Notes: generated from the sequence alone by a model not told the origin. Positions 1 to 13,117 are shown, numbered from the stretch's first letter. The stretch is DNA of 32,000 nucleotides from Desulfobulbus propionicus DSM 2032 (GCF_000186885.1 NC_014972.1:2880001-2912000), one strand, 5' to 3'. Made by a program: numbers and translations.

Positions 1-4368
<4,368 letters not shown>

Positions 4369-4484
4369 CCTGGGAAGGCGGTTGAAGCGAAAAACCTCGA
4401 GGAACAGAGCGTTAAAAGGCGGGAACAGCAAGTTCCGCGCGGCCCGATGACGAACGGACCGGGCGGAACCGCGAACTGCAGGAG

Positions 4485-4509
4485 GCAGCGCCGCCAGCGG
4501 CGCCGCTGC
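4485..4509. repeat. Strong inverted repeat in a convergent intergenic region, possible bidirectional terminator-like hairpin
   Basis: GCAGCGCCGCCAGCGGCGCCGCTGC folds with 10 of 11 pairs around a 3-nt loop. It lies between the convergent stop codons at 4368 (+) and 4520 (-). No long T tract. Confidence 0.4.
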
Positions 4510-4519
4510 GTTTCAGGCC

Positions 4520-4930
4520 TCAATCATGCTGCCAGCGATTCGAGCCGGGAGCGGGGCACCTGGACGAATCGGAGGATCTGATCGACCGCACCCGGCCGTC
4601 GGCGGCATCCATCTGGATGCACTGATCAGTTTTATAATTATACCACCAGCTTCTGGTGCCCTGCCGGCTTTTCTTCTGATCCATCCGCTCAAATCCGCGG
4701 CGGCGCAGCTCATTGCGGGCATGGTCGGTGGACCGGTTGTCCAGGTCGTTGACATACACTGGCCGGCGATACCCGTACTCCCGGTCGTAACGGCTCCGCG
4801 AATCGTATCGACGGTCATCGTAATAACCCTGTTCCGCCGGCACCACGCAGCCGGCCAGGGTGAACAGGCCTGCCGCCGCCAACAGCATGGCCCCCCAGCG
4901 AATACCTGATTGTTGCTCGTGTCTCTCCAT
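4520..4930 (-). CDS. Small putative lipoprotein of unknown function
   Basis: ORF with internal start 'MERHEQQSGIRWGAMLLAAAGLFTLAGC' (signal peptide plus lipobox LAGC), followed by an Arg/Tyr/Asp-rich charged mature region. Confidence 0.75.
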   Translation of the reverse strand: MERHEQQSGIRWGAMLLAAAGLFTLAGCVVPAEQGYYDDRRYDSRSRYDREYGYRRPVYVNDLDNRSTDHARNELRRRGFERMDQKKSRQGTRSWWYNYKTDQCIQMDAADGRVRSIRSSDSSRCPAPGSNRWQHD

Positions 4931-5063
4931 GCCTGCCTCCTGGTTGTCAACCCTGCCCTCATGCCGGGCGGTGTGGGTGGATGTGTGCATTCACTTTGCC
5001 ACAAACGCGGCGGATTGGCAAATCACCCACGACAAAAAGGTTGTCCGGCCAGGCCCGCCGCGG

Positions 5064-6038
5064 CTATTCGCGGAGGATGGTGGATCGCCGCTCGGCATCC
5101 TCGGGGAAAACGCGGCCGGTGCGCAGGCATTCGAAGATGTGGTCAAAGACCACCCCGGGCTTGCCCGGGGTCCGGCCGCTGCGGAAATAGGAATGCCCCT
5201 TGGGATGGTCGTAGCTGTTGTTGATGTCGTCGCAATCGACGATGTACACGTTTTTCGGCGTCAGTTCCATGTTCTCCGGACCGCTGTGACCAAGGCGGCG
5301 GGAGGCGATCTTGTTCTTGAGATTGGCCGCCTTGCTGCTGCGCAGGGCCATGTCGTCCGAGGCGAAGTAGACCACCACATTGCGCGAGGCATCGCAGATC
5401 AGCTTGCCGCGCTCGCTACGGTGGATGGATTCGTTCTCGATATCGGCGGCCACCAGAAAGGTGTTGCGGAAAATCAAGGGGACGCCGTCGGCCAGGTCGT
5501 AGCGGTCCCAGGCGGCCAGGGTTTCGCGCAGCACCCGGTTGCCCATGGAGTGGGCGAGCACATTGATCCGTTTGAGGCAGGGGTCGGAGTCGGGATCGTT
5601 GAGGTTGGAGTTGCGCCATTCGATAAACCGGCACAGGGCGCGGGCAAAGGACGAGGCGCTGCTGTCCGCCGATTTCTGATCGTCCCAGTAATCCTTGACA
5701 ATGCCCAAATCGTTGTCGCAGGGCCAGATCACCGGCACCACCAGCACCTCCCGAGCCGATTTCTGATCGCACAACTGCTGAAATTCCATCGCGGCGCCGA
5801 ACACATCCTCGGGCAGGTTGGAAAAACCGTGGATATACAGCAGCAGCTGCCGGTAGGGCGACTGTTTCAGGGCGGTCATGAAGTTGAGGCCGCCGACCTC
5901 GGTGATCTGCCCGTCCTGATCGCGGCGACAGAAAAACACCGAGTTGCTGGGGGCGTTGTTGCGCAGGTCAAAATCAAACTTCCGCCCGACCTTGGTCTGA
6001 ATGGACCCTTTGGGAAACCGGTTGGTGATGAAGAACAT
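5064..6038 (-). CDS. Alpha/beta hydrolase of DUF900-like family (esterase/lipase superfamily)
   Basis: 324-aa ORF: 'LLLYIHGFSN' (oxyanion/HG motif), 'VVPVIWPCDN', 'INVLAHSMGNRVLRETL' (GHSMG-like nucleophile elbow AHSMGN). Confidence 0.85.
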   Translation of the reverse strand: MFFITNRFPKGSIQTKVGRKFDFDLRNNAPSNSVFFCRRDQDGQITEVGGLNFMTALKQSPYRQLLLYIHGFSNLPEDVFGAAMEFQQLCDQKSAREVLVVPVIWPCDNDLGIVKDYWDDQKSADSSASSFARALCRFIEWRNSNLNDPDSDPCLKRINVLAHSMGNRVLRETLAAWDRYDLADGVPLIFRNTFLVAADIENESIHRSERGKLICDASRNVVVYFASDDMALRSSKAANLKNKIASRRLGHSGPENMELTPKNVYIVDCDDINNSYDHPKGHSYFRSGRTPGKPGVVFDHIFECLRTGRVFPEDAERRSTILRE

Positions 6039-6420
6039 GGTTCGCTCCTTGTGCTATGAGAATCATGGCCTAGCCGCAAGGGGAAAACGCGGTCTTCCCC
6101 GTCCCCCCTCCGCCCGGCATGGCCGCTACAAGTTCCAGTAACACCCAGGCAAGGGAAAAACACAATGCAGGAAAAATAGGAAGAAAATGGATAGAGTGTA
6201 TATCTCTTGACAGGCTCGCCCCGAAATGGGGAGATTCCCCCTTTTACCAAGGAAAATCGGGCCCGATCGTCTCCGCGCTTGACGGGTGAGGCTTTATGCG
6301 AAAAAGTGTATCGTGTTGTTTTTGTTGGCCGCACGATGCCGGGACGTCTGTCTGCTTGCAACATCACCGGCAACCGTGTCACCGTGGACGTGAACCGAAA
6401 CTTTGGCGGGAGGTGCTTCC

Positions 6421-6756
6421 ATGATCAAAAAAATACTCCTCGGATGCGCGTTTGGCGCGATGGTGCTGTCGTGGTCGCCGGCAGCGGCCTATGGTCCGTA
6501 CAGCAGCGGCGTTGAACATGTCGGCGAGCGGACCGCCTCCTTTCTCGCCTCACCCTTTGTGGCCGCGTTTGATCCGTCGCCCGGCGCCGCCCGTCACGGG
6601 CGGCCGATATATCTGTCGCCCCCTCCGGTGCCGCCGGGCATGTGCCGCTGGGAGCGCCAGGTGCTCGATCAATTCGGCCGGCCGGTCCTCGATCAGTATG
6701 GCCAGCCGCTGCGGGAATACACCATCGCCCCCTGCCTGACGCCGCCACCCCAGTAA
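6421..6756 (+). CDS. Small exported protein of unknown function
   Basis: 'MIKKILLGCAFGAMVLSWSPAAA' signal peptide. Mature region Pro/Tyr/Gly-rich with the tandem 'VLDQFGRP-VLDQYGQP'. Followed by a GC hairpin at 6784-6813. Confidence 0.7.
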   Translation: MIKKILLGCAFGAMVLSWSPAAAYGPYSSGVEHVGERTASFLASPFVAAFDPSPGAARHGRPIYLSPPPVPPGMCRWERQVLDQFGRPVLDQYGQPLREYTIAPCLTPPPQ

Positions 6757-6783
6757 GCCGTTTTTCCCGCCCTGATACGGCTC

Positions 6784-6820
6784 GCCCCGGCCGGAGTGTT
6801 TCCGTGCCGGGGCGTCTTTC
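6784..6820 (+). terminator. Putative intrinsic terminator downstream of the small exported protein
   Basis: GCCCCGGCCGGA-GTGTT-TCCG(T)GCCGGGGC: 12 bp stem with a 1-nt bulge, followed by GTCTTTCC (weak T tract). Confidence 0.5.
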
Positions 6821-6877
6821 CTGCCTTGGGCCCGTACCGCCGCCCGCGAACAGCCGCTGGCGCACCCCGTGTCCGGG

Positions 6878-7459
6878 TCAGGGCTCGATTTTCGTGCCCA
6901 GCACCTGGAGAAATTGAGCCAGCCAGGCGGGATGGGCGGGCCAGGCCGGCGCGGTGACCAAGACCCCGTCCACATGGGCCGCATCCACCGGAATGTCCAC
7001 ATACCGTCCGCCGGCGCGGGTCACATCCGGTCCGACCGCCGGATAGGCCGAGCAGGCCCGGCCCTCGATCACCCCGGCCGCGGCCAGCAACTGCGCCCCG
7101 TGGCAGATGGCGGCCATGGGTTTGCCCGCCTGGGCGAAATGCTGCACCATGGCGATGACCGCCGGGTTGAGGCGGATATATTCCGGCGCCCGGCCACCGG
7201 GGACCACCAGGGCATCGTAGTCCTCGGCCTTGATGGCGGCGAAATCGGCGTTGAGGGTGAAGTTGTGGCCCGGTTTCTCGCTGTAGGTCTGATCCCCCTC
7301 GAAATCATGGATCGCGGTGCGCACGTATTCTCCAGCCTTCTTGCCCGGACAGACCGCATGCACGGTGTGCCCGACCATCCGCAGGGCCTGAAAGGGCACC
7401 ATCACCTCATAATCTTCCACATAATCGCCCACCAGCATGAGAATTTTCTTGGCTGCCAT
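6878..7459 (-). CDS. DJ-1/PfpI family protein (type 1 glutamine amidotransferase-like)
   Basis: 193-aa ORF: '[23 protein letters not shown]', '[16 protein letters not shown]', nucleophile elbow '[16 protein letters not shown]'. Confidence 0.92.
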   Translation of the reverse strand: MAAKKILMLVGDYVEDYEVMVPFQALRMVGHTVHAVCPGKKAGEYVRTAIHDFEGDQTYSEKPGHNFTLNADFAAIKAEDYDALVVPGGRAPEYIRLNPAVIAMVQHFAQAGKPMAAICHGAQLLAAAGVIEGRACSAYPAVGPDVTRAGGRYVDIPVDAAHVDGVLVTAPAWPAHPAWLAQFLQVLGTKIEP

Positions 7460-7584
7460 AGTTGCTCCTTGTGTGTCATTTTGGTTGGTTCATCTTCCCC
7501 AAGGGGGGACTGTCCATGAGGGCTTTTTTCCACGCTGGGCCGCTTCGCCATTCAGCTGAACAGCCCCGCGCATGGATACGGATC

Positions 7585-8490
7585 TTACTCCGTACCGATG
7601 CGCAACTCCAGGGTAATGGTCGTGCCGGGCTGGCAGCCGGGGCTGCTTGTGCCCAGCCGGTGCTTGATCGTGGCCGACGAGCGGCGCAGCCACTGCTTGA
7701 ATTGGTCGCGGCTGACCGTCAATCTGACCTGGTCGCCGCAGCGCGGTCTGAGCTTGGCCGCATTGTGGGAAGAAGAGAACTCGATGTCCGGGCCATCGAT
7801 CTTGAGGGTCACGCCCCGGCTGTCGCTGGCCGCGCTCACCACCCCATCGGATCTGCCGGGATATTCCTCGCCATCGGCGATCTGCCACATATCCAGTGCA
7901 TGCCATTTGGCGCAGGCCGACGGGGCCCCTCTGTACTGGGCGCACACCCGGCCGCGAAACTCCGAGGCGTCGATCTCGGTGGACAGGGTTTGGATGACAT
8001 AGTCCTCCCGGCTGCCGTTTTGGATGACGATCAGATTGCCGACAAAGGTTTCCTGAATGGTGTATGCAATTTCCTGCTTGCCCTTGCCACGCAAAGAGGA
8101 CGAGGCGCCGCTTTCGATGCGGATCGATCCTGCAAGCGGAATGGCCCGGGCGACGGACGTGGAGTTGCCGTACCGCTTTTTCTGGTTGATCAGGGCCCGG
8201 CGGCGCTTGATTTCGTCTTCCGGATAGGGGGCCTGGGCAGCTTCCCGCCTGGATGCGCCGAACGATGACTGCGCACAGCGCTTGCCGTACTGTCCGGCCA
8301 GTTTGTCCAGCTCGGCCTGCATCCGGGCCAGGGCCTTCTTGTCCTTGGTTTTCTCCATGGCCGCGCTCAACGACTCCAGGCGCGTCAACAGGGCCTCGCA
8401 GCTTCCCGGCGCGGGCGCGGCAGCCGTGCACGGGCGCGGCAGGCCAACGCCCAGCAGGAGAATGATCATCAAACGACAGACAAACGGCAT
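7585..8490 (-). CDS. Hypothetical secreted protein
   Basis: 301-aa ORF with N-terminal signal 'MPFVCRLMIILLLGVGLPRPCTAAAPAPGSC', short coiled-coil-like segment, then a Cys-containing domain. No family recognised. Confidence 0.7.
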   Translation of the reverse strand: MPFVCRLMIILLLGVGLPRPCTAAAPAPGSCEALLTRLESLSAAMEKTKDKKALARMQAELDKLAGQYGKRCAQSSFGASRREAAQAPYPEDEIKRRRALINQKKRYGNSTSVARAIPLAGSIRIESGASSSLRGKGKQEIAYTIQETFVGNLIVIQNGSREDYVIQTLSTEIDASEFRGRVCAQYRGAPSACAKWHALDMWQIADGEEYPGRSDGVVSAASDSRGVTLKIDGPDIEFSSSHNAAKLRPRCGDQVRLTVSRDQFKQWLRRSSATIKHRLGTSSPGCQPGTTITLELRIGTE

Positions 8491-8525
8491 GGTCCTCTTT
8501 CCCGGTACCTAACAGAGGGGGGCAT

Positions 8526-9755
8526 TCATCGCCTGCGGCAGGATCGGGCCGCCACGATTCCGGCCGCTTCCAGGGCAACGATCTCCTCTTCGCCGATTCC
8601 TGCCTGAACAAGCAGGTCACCGCCGCCTTCGCCCACCGCCGGCGGTTGAAGGCGCAGGTCAAACGAATGACCGTCGAGCCGCAGCGGCAATTTGGGCAGC
8701 TTGACCTCTTTGCCGGACGGCGTTTCGGTGACCGCCAGACCGCCGGATTGGTTCATGTGCGGATCGTTCCACAGGTCAACGGGCTGGCAGACCGGGGCAA
8801 AGGGAATGCCTGCCCGCTCGGCCAGGGTGGTCAGTTCTTCCCGGGTCAGCATGTGCAGTCGGTTCTGCAATTCGGGGAAAAACCAGGAACGCGCCTCGAT
8901 CCGGCCCTGATTGGTGGCCAGCCGAGGGTCCTCGGCCCAGTCGGCAAAACCGAAGGTGGTGCAGAATCGCCGCCAATGGCGATCCGAGGTGATGCCGATG
9001 AACACCTGCAAACCGTCACGGGTGGTGAACAGCTCGTAGACTGACCAGGCACGGCCGCGCTCGGGCATGGGCGGCGGCACCTGGCCGGAAACGCCCGCGC
9101 CGGCCATGTGCTGCCCCATGAGAAAGGCGACCGATTCGAACAGCGTGGCCTGAACCACCTTGCCCTGGCCGCTCTGCTGGCGTTCGAGCAGGGCGGCCAG
9201 AATGCCGATCACCCCGAAGCTGCCGCTGAGGATATCGGTGACCGACGCCCCGGCCCGCATCGGCTTGCCGCTGGGCCCGGTCATGTAGGCCAGTCCGCCC
9301 ATCATCTGCACCACCTCGTCCAGGGCCAGACGATGCGCGTAGGGACCGGGCATGAATCCCTTGAGCGAGCAGAACACCAGGCGCGGATTGCGCTGGCGGC
9401 AGATCTCGGCGCCGATGCCCAAGCGGTCGACCGTGCCCGGGGCAAAGTTCTCGATCAACACATCGACCTGCTCCACCAGACGCAGAAACAGGTCCCGGCC
9501 CTGATCGCGCTTGAGGTCAATGGCCAGGCTCTTTTTGTTGCGGTTGAAACAGGTGAAGAACCCGGCGCCAAAACCCTGCAGCCAGCGGGTGTCATCGCCC
9601 TTGCCCGGCCGCTCGATCTTGTAGACGTCGGCCCCGAGATCGGCCAGGATCAAGCCGCAGGCTGGTCCCATGATGTTGTGCCCCAGTTCCAGCACCCGGA
9701 TGCCCCGCAAGGGAAGAGAAGGGGTCGCTGCCTGCTCGTGCTGTTCGCTGTCCAT
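8526..9755 (-). CDS. CaiB/BaiF (class III) CoA-transferase family protein
   Basis: 409-aa ORF: 'LPLRGIRVLELGHNIMGPACGLILADLGADVYKIERPGKGDDTR...FFTCFNRNKKSLAIDLK...LVEQVDVLIENFAPGTVDRLG'. Confidence 0.95.
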   Translation of the reverse strand: MDSEQHEQAATPSLPLRGIRVLELGHNIMGPACGLILADLGADVYKIERPGKGDDTRWLQGFGAGFFTCFNRNKKSLAIDLKRDQGRDLFLRLVEQVDVLIENFAPGTVDRLGIGAEICRQRNPRLVFCSLKGFMPGPYAHRLALDEVVQMMGGLAYMTGPSGKPMRAGASVTDILSGSFGVIGILAALLERQQSGQGKVVQATLFESVAFLMGQHMAGAGVSGQVPPPMPERGRAWSVYELFTTRDGLQVFIGITSDRHWRRFCTTFGFADWAEDPRLATNQGRIEARSWFFPELQNRLHMLTREELTTLAERAGIPFAPVCQPVDLWNDPHMNQSGGLAVTETPSGKEVKLPKLPLRLDGHSFDLRLQPPAVGEGGGDLLVQAGIGEEEIVALEAAGIVAARSCRRR

Positions 9756-9849
9756 GCTGGCCTCCTTGTCCGGCCAATCGTCCGAGGGAACGTTGCTCTT
9801 GGTTGCTGATTGTGCCGGTGTTCACGCGGATGCGATCACACCCGCCGGG

Positions 9850-10518
9850 TCATTCTTCTGCTCCACCCGGCCTTTTCGGCCCGGGCTTTTGCCGCCGCAG
9901 CCTGCGGCCCAGCTGCTGTTCCAGGCCGATCACAAACGGCTCGTCGCCCAAGGGACGGCCGGTGCGTTCATGACGGTGGAGCAGATCGAGTTCCTCGGCG
10001 GACGACAGGGAGAGAAAGGCGCGCCAATCGCCGACCAGGCCGAGCAGCGGCTCGGGGTCGGTCAGACCGTCATCGATGCCGTGGAGATGGGCACGGGCGC
10101 TGCTCCAGGGGTAGTCATCGGGATGCGTCGCCAAGCCGGCGGCCACCGGGTTCATTTCGATGTAGCGGGCGGCGGCCAACAGGTGGCGGTCATCGAGGGG
10201 AAAGGAGGCAAACCGCTCCTGCCAGAGATGGCCGCGCCAGTTCTCGCGGCCGTTGACGCGCAGGGTATAGCGGCGGTGGGCCTCGCCAATGGTCCGCGCC
10301 AACCCATCCTCGGTCCGTGGTACGGCAATCAGATGCACATGGTTGGGCATCAGGCACCAGGCCCAGATGGCCACCCCTTTTTTGGCGCACCACTGGGCCA
10401 TCAGATCGAGGTAGACCTGATAATCGTCATCGCAAAAAAAGGTTTGCTGCCGACGATTGCCCCGCTGGGTGATGTGATGCGGCACCCCTGGGACTATGAC
10501 ACGGGCGATTCGGGCCAT
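9850..10518 (-). mobile_element. REP-associated tyrosine transposase (RAYT / TnpA_REP, Y1 family)
   Basis: 'MARIARVIVPGVPHHITQRGNRRQQTFF', HUH motif 'MPNHVHLIAVP', catalytic Tyr region 'LLAAARYIEMNPVAAGL', 'YPWSSARAHL'. Start taken at internal Met (10518) rather than the ORF-track start at 10602. Confidence 0.93.
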
Positions 10519-10581
10519 GCGCTCACTATAGCGGTTCGCTGAAAAATTGCATCGATAAATATACTGTCCCTTGAATTGAAG

Positions 10582-10602
10582 ATGGATAGACAGAGTATCC
10601 AT
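10582..10602. repeat. Short perfect inverted repeat upstream of the RAYT gene
   Basis: ATGGATA-GACAGAG-TATCCAT: 7-bp arms, 7-nt loop, 64 bp upstream of the transposase start. Confidence 0.5.
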
Positions 10603-10726
10603 TCTCTATGCGAATTCCCTGTATTGATTTCCATGAGGCTTTTACGCATTGTTACACTCACAGACAGGGGGTCATCTGCTTGGCCTAAGCGAATCACCGC
10701 CCAAGGGCATCAACAAGGAGGGAGTT

Positions 10727-11077
10727 ATGAAAAAATTGTATGCAGTCATGTTGGGAATCATTGGCGCGGCCGTTCTGTTCGGCTCGATCAGCACGGCGAA
10801 CGCGGCCTGCGGCACCTATGGCAAGGTGGTCTATTCCTATCAAAATCCTTCAACAATGACGCTGTACGTCATTCCGCCGGTCACCGTGTTACCATCATAT
10901 TACATTTATTACACTATTCCAACGACCACAGTTGGATACTCAGCGTTGGTCAACAAAATCAACGTGGCACAGGCCACGGGGCAGAAGCTGTACATTAACG
11001 GCAGCGGCACATGCACCAGCGGCACGGCCCGTAACGGTGGCACGGTGCAGGCCGTGTATGGATTGTCAATCATGTAA
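10727..11077 (+). CDS. Small exported protein of unknown function
   Basis: SD 'AAGGAGGGAGTT' then ATG. 'MKKLYAVMLGIIGAAVLFGSISTANA|AC' signal peptide, mature region ~90 aa, Tyr/Thr/Val-rich with two Cys. Confidence 0.8.
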   Translation: MKKLYAVMLGIIGAAVLFGSISTANAACGTYGKVVYSYQNPSTMTLYVIPPVTVLPSYYIYYTIPTTTVGYSALVNKINVAQATGQKLYINGSGTCTSGTARNGGTVQAVYGLSIM

Positions 11078-11140
11078 ACATACGGTACCTTTAATCGATT
11101 CATCGTTGCTTGGGCCAAGCACTCAACCAGCACAACGGAA

Positions 11141-11737
11141 TTGATGAACAAACTGCATAATATTTGGGCGGCGGTCTGCCTGGTGATGAGCTTGGCCGCT
11201 TTTGCGGCCGGCCACTGGTCGGCGACCCGCAAGATGGACCACCGCCCGCACCCGGTGCCGGCGGTGGAAACCGGAACCCGGACCAGCGCGGCGCCGCCCG
11301 GAACCACAGGTTTACCGCCTCGGGAGGAGGCGTCCAGCGAGCTCACCGCCGCGCCCTCATTCTCCGCCAGTCCGCCGGCCGCGGACAACGTGCCGCCAGA
11401 ACAGCTTCCCCTCACCCTTCCCCAACCGCCCGAGGATATGGGCGCCCTGCAGCGACAGGAACTCGAGCACCTGAAGAAAATGGTGGCTGAATCCCTGCGC
11501 ACCAGCGGCGCTTCCGAAGAGGAAATCAAGCGGCAGCTCGCGGAGCAGTTTCCTCCGTCTCCTGAAGCTGAAACCGCTGCCTCGCGACAAGCGCTGGAAA
11601 CAGCAACCGAAGTATCGCCTGAACAGGTGGCAAAGGAATTTGCCGAATCCCTGCGCGCGGCAGGGGCGTCTGACGAGGAAATCAACCAGGCATTAAAGGG
11701 TCTTTCTCCCTCAGCGCCGGAAGAACGCGGGAAATAA
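11141..11737 (+). CDS. Membrane-anchored Pro/Ala/Glu-rich protein with two helical repeats
   Basis: N-terminal hydrophobic anchor 'IWAAVCLVMSLAAFAAG', low-complexity linker, then two copies of a '(A)ESLR-x2-GAS(E/D)EEI' motif. Confidence 0.65.
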   Translation: MMNKLHNIWAAVCLVMSLAAFAAGHWSATRKMDHRPHPVPAVETGTRTSAAPPGTTGLPPREEASSELTAAPSFSASPPAADNVPPEQLPLTLPQPPEDMGALQRQELEHLKKMVAESLRTSGASEEEIKRQLAEQFPPSPEAETAASRQALETATEVSPEQVAKEFAESLRAAGASDEEINQALKGLSPSAPEERGK

Positions 11738-11870
11738 AGAGCGTCGGCCCGAGGCCTCCCGCTTTCCCACGAGGGGGCCTGACGCTGAATGTCCGGCCGC
11801 CGACAACGGGCAGGAAAAGAAACGATCCCGGCGCGGGGTCACGCGGATCAATCATGCAAAAGGAGGAATC

Positions 11871-13097
11871 ATGAAGCGGATTCAGGTAGCGGTCAGTGCC
11901 TTGGCCCTGGCGGCCATCATGTCCGGCCTCGCGGCGGCAGAGCAGGCCCAGACCCTGGAGGAACTGGTGCGAAGGTATGACGCGTCGAGCTGCAAGGAGT
12001 GCCACCAGGAGATCTACAGCCAATGGGAGCAGTCGCTCCATGCCAAACCGATGCTCGGTCCCATCGGCCGGACGCTCGCCACCTTCCAGGGCTATGTCAA
12101 TTCCCGCGACACCGAGTTGAACAAGTCGCACGAGGTGGCGCCGGGGATGAAGGAATTTCTCAAGCCCTGCGTCGAATGCCATCTCCCGCAGATGATGGAC
12201 GCCTCCGAGGCGGTGGCCGGTGAAATCGCCAAGGCCATTGTCGACGGCGACGAGGAAGTGCTGAACACGCTGCGGATCACCTGCATTGTCTGCCACAACC
12301 GCAACGCCATCCTGCGCAAGTTCCGCGACGGCGCCCCCCAGCCGAACACGGTCTACGGCCCCAAATATGCCGGCCCGCACGGGGATACGAAATTCACCAC
12401 CGCCGCCAGGAGCGAGATGCTGCGCGACACGGTCTTCTGTGCCCAATGTCACCAGGGGCCCAATGTGCAACACTACGACGAGCCGATGTGGTGCACCTCG
12501 ACCTTTGACAGCCATCAGCACTTCTATGTGCCCATGGGCGGGACCGAGTCCTGCCAGGACTGCCACATGCGCAAGGACGGCGGCCACCGCTTCCCGCCCA
12601 ACTACCAGGATCCGGTCCAGACCGGCAAGCGGCTCAAGGAGTGGATCGACCTCAACCTCAGTGCCATCGCCTACCGGATGAAGCCCAATGCTAAGGAGCT
12701 GCTCCCCCTGGTGGTGATCAACAGCGAGGTGGTGAGCCGCATCGGTCACCGCTTCCCCGATGGCTGCCCGTCGCCCAACCGGGTGACCCTGGACATCAAG
12801 GTCAGCTCCAAGGACGGCAAGGAGCTGTACAGCGACACCAAGACCTACATGCCGCAGCACAAGCTGGGCTACGACGAGCACACCATGGTCTACGCGGCTA
12901 ACCGCAAGCTGACTTTGCTCCGTGACACCAGCCTGCACCCCTTTGTATCCAGAAAGGAGACCATCGAGGTCAAGCTGCCCGAGGGCGTGGAGGAGGCGGT
13001 GGTGGAAGCGACCCTCACTTTCCGCCAGCTGCCCGGCGTGCCCGAGGCCGAATTCCCCATCCACACCGTGCGCCGCGAGGTCAGCCTCAAGCGGTAG
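11871..13097 (+). CDS. Periplasmic/exported multiheme c-type cytochrome (five CxxCH motifs)
   Basis: SD 'AAAGGAGGAATC', signal peptide 'MKRIQVAVSALALAAIMSGLAAA'. Five heme motifs CKECH, CVECH, CIVCH, CAQCH, CQDCH. 'CKECHQEIYSQWEQSLHAKP' resembles cytochrome c554-type proteins. Confidence 0.93.
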   Translation: MKRIQVAVSALALAAIMSGLAAAEQAQTLEELVRRYDASSCKECHQEIYSQWEQSLHAKPMLGPIGRTLATFQGYVNSRDTELNKSHEVAPGMKEFLKPCVECHLPQMMDASEAVAGEIAKAIVDGDEEVLNTLRITCIVCHNRNAILRKFRDGAPQPNTVYGPKYAGPHGDTKFTTAARSEMLRDTVFCAQCHQGPNVQHYDEPMWCTSTFDSHQHFYVPMGGTESCQDCHMRKDGGHRFPPNYQDPVQTGKRLKEWIDLNLSAIAYRMKPNAKELLPLVVINSEVVSRIGHRFPDGCPSPNRVTLDIKVSSKDGKELYSDTKTYMPQHKLGYDEHTMVYAANRKLTLLRDTSLHPFVSRKETIEVKLPEGVEEAVVEATLTFRQLPGVPEAEFPIHTVRREVSLKR

Positions 13098-13117
13098 CAT
13101 CGTCGGACCGCGCAACC

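Noticed and set aside
5064-6059. 399-aa + strand ORF 4860..6059 opposite the DUF900 hydrolase
   Set aside because: Minus-strand product has the AHSMGN nucleophile elbow; the + product looks like reverse-strand composition.
10603-10726. Possible c-di-GMP (GEMM) or cGAMP riboswitch upstream of the small exported protein
   Set aside because: Considered because GEMM RNAs often precede exported proteins and cytochromes in related bacteria, but the conserved GGGACGCAAAGCC-type core is not present.
11682-13115. 477-aa minus-strand ORF overlapping the cytochrome gene
   Set aside because: The antisense strand of a gene with SD, signal peptide and five CxxCH motifs; product has no coherent features.
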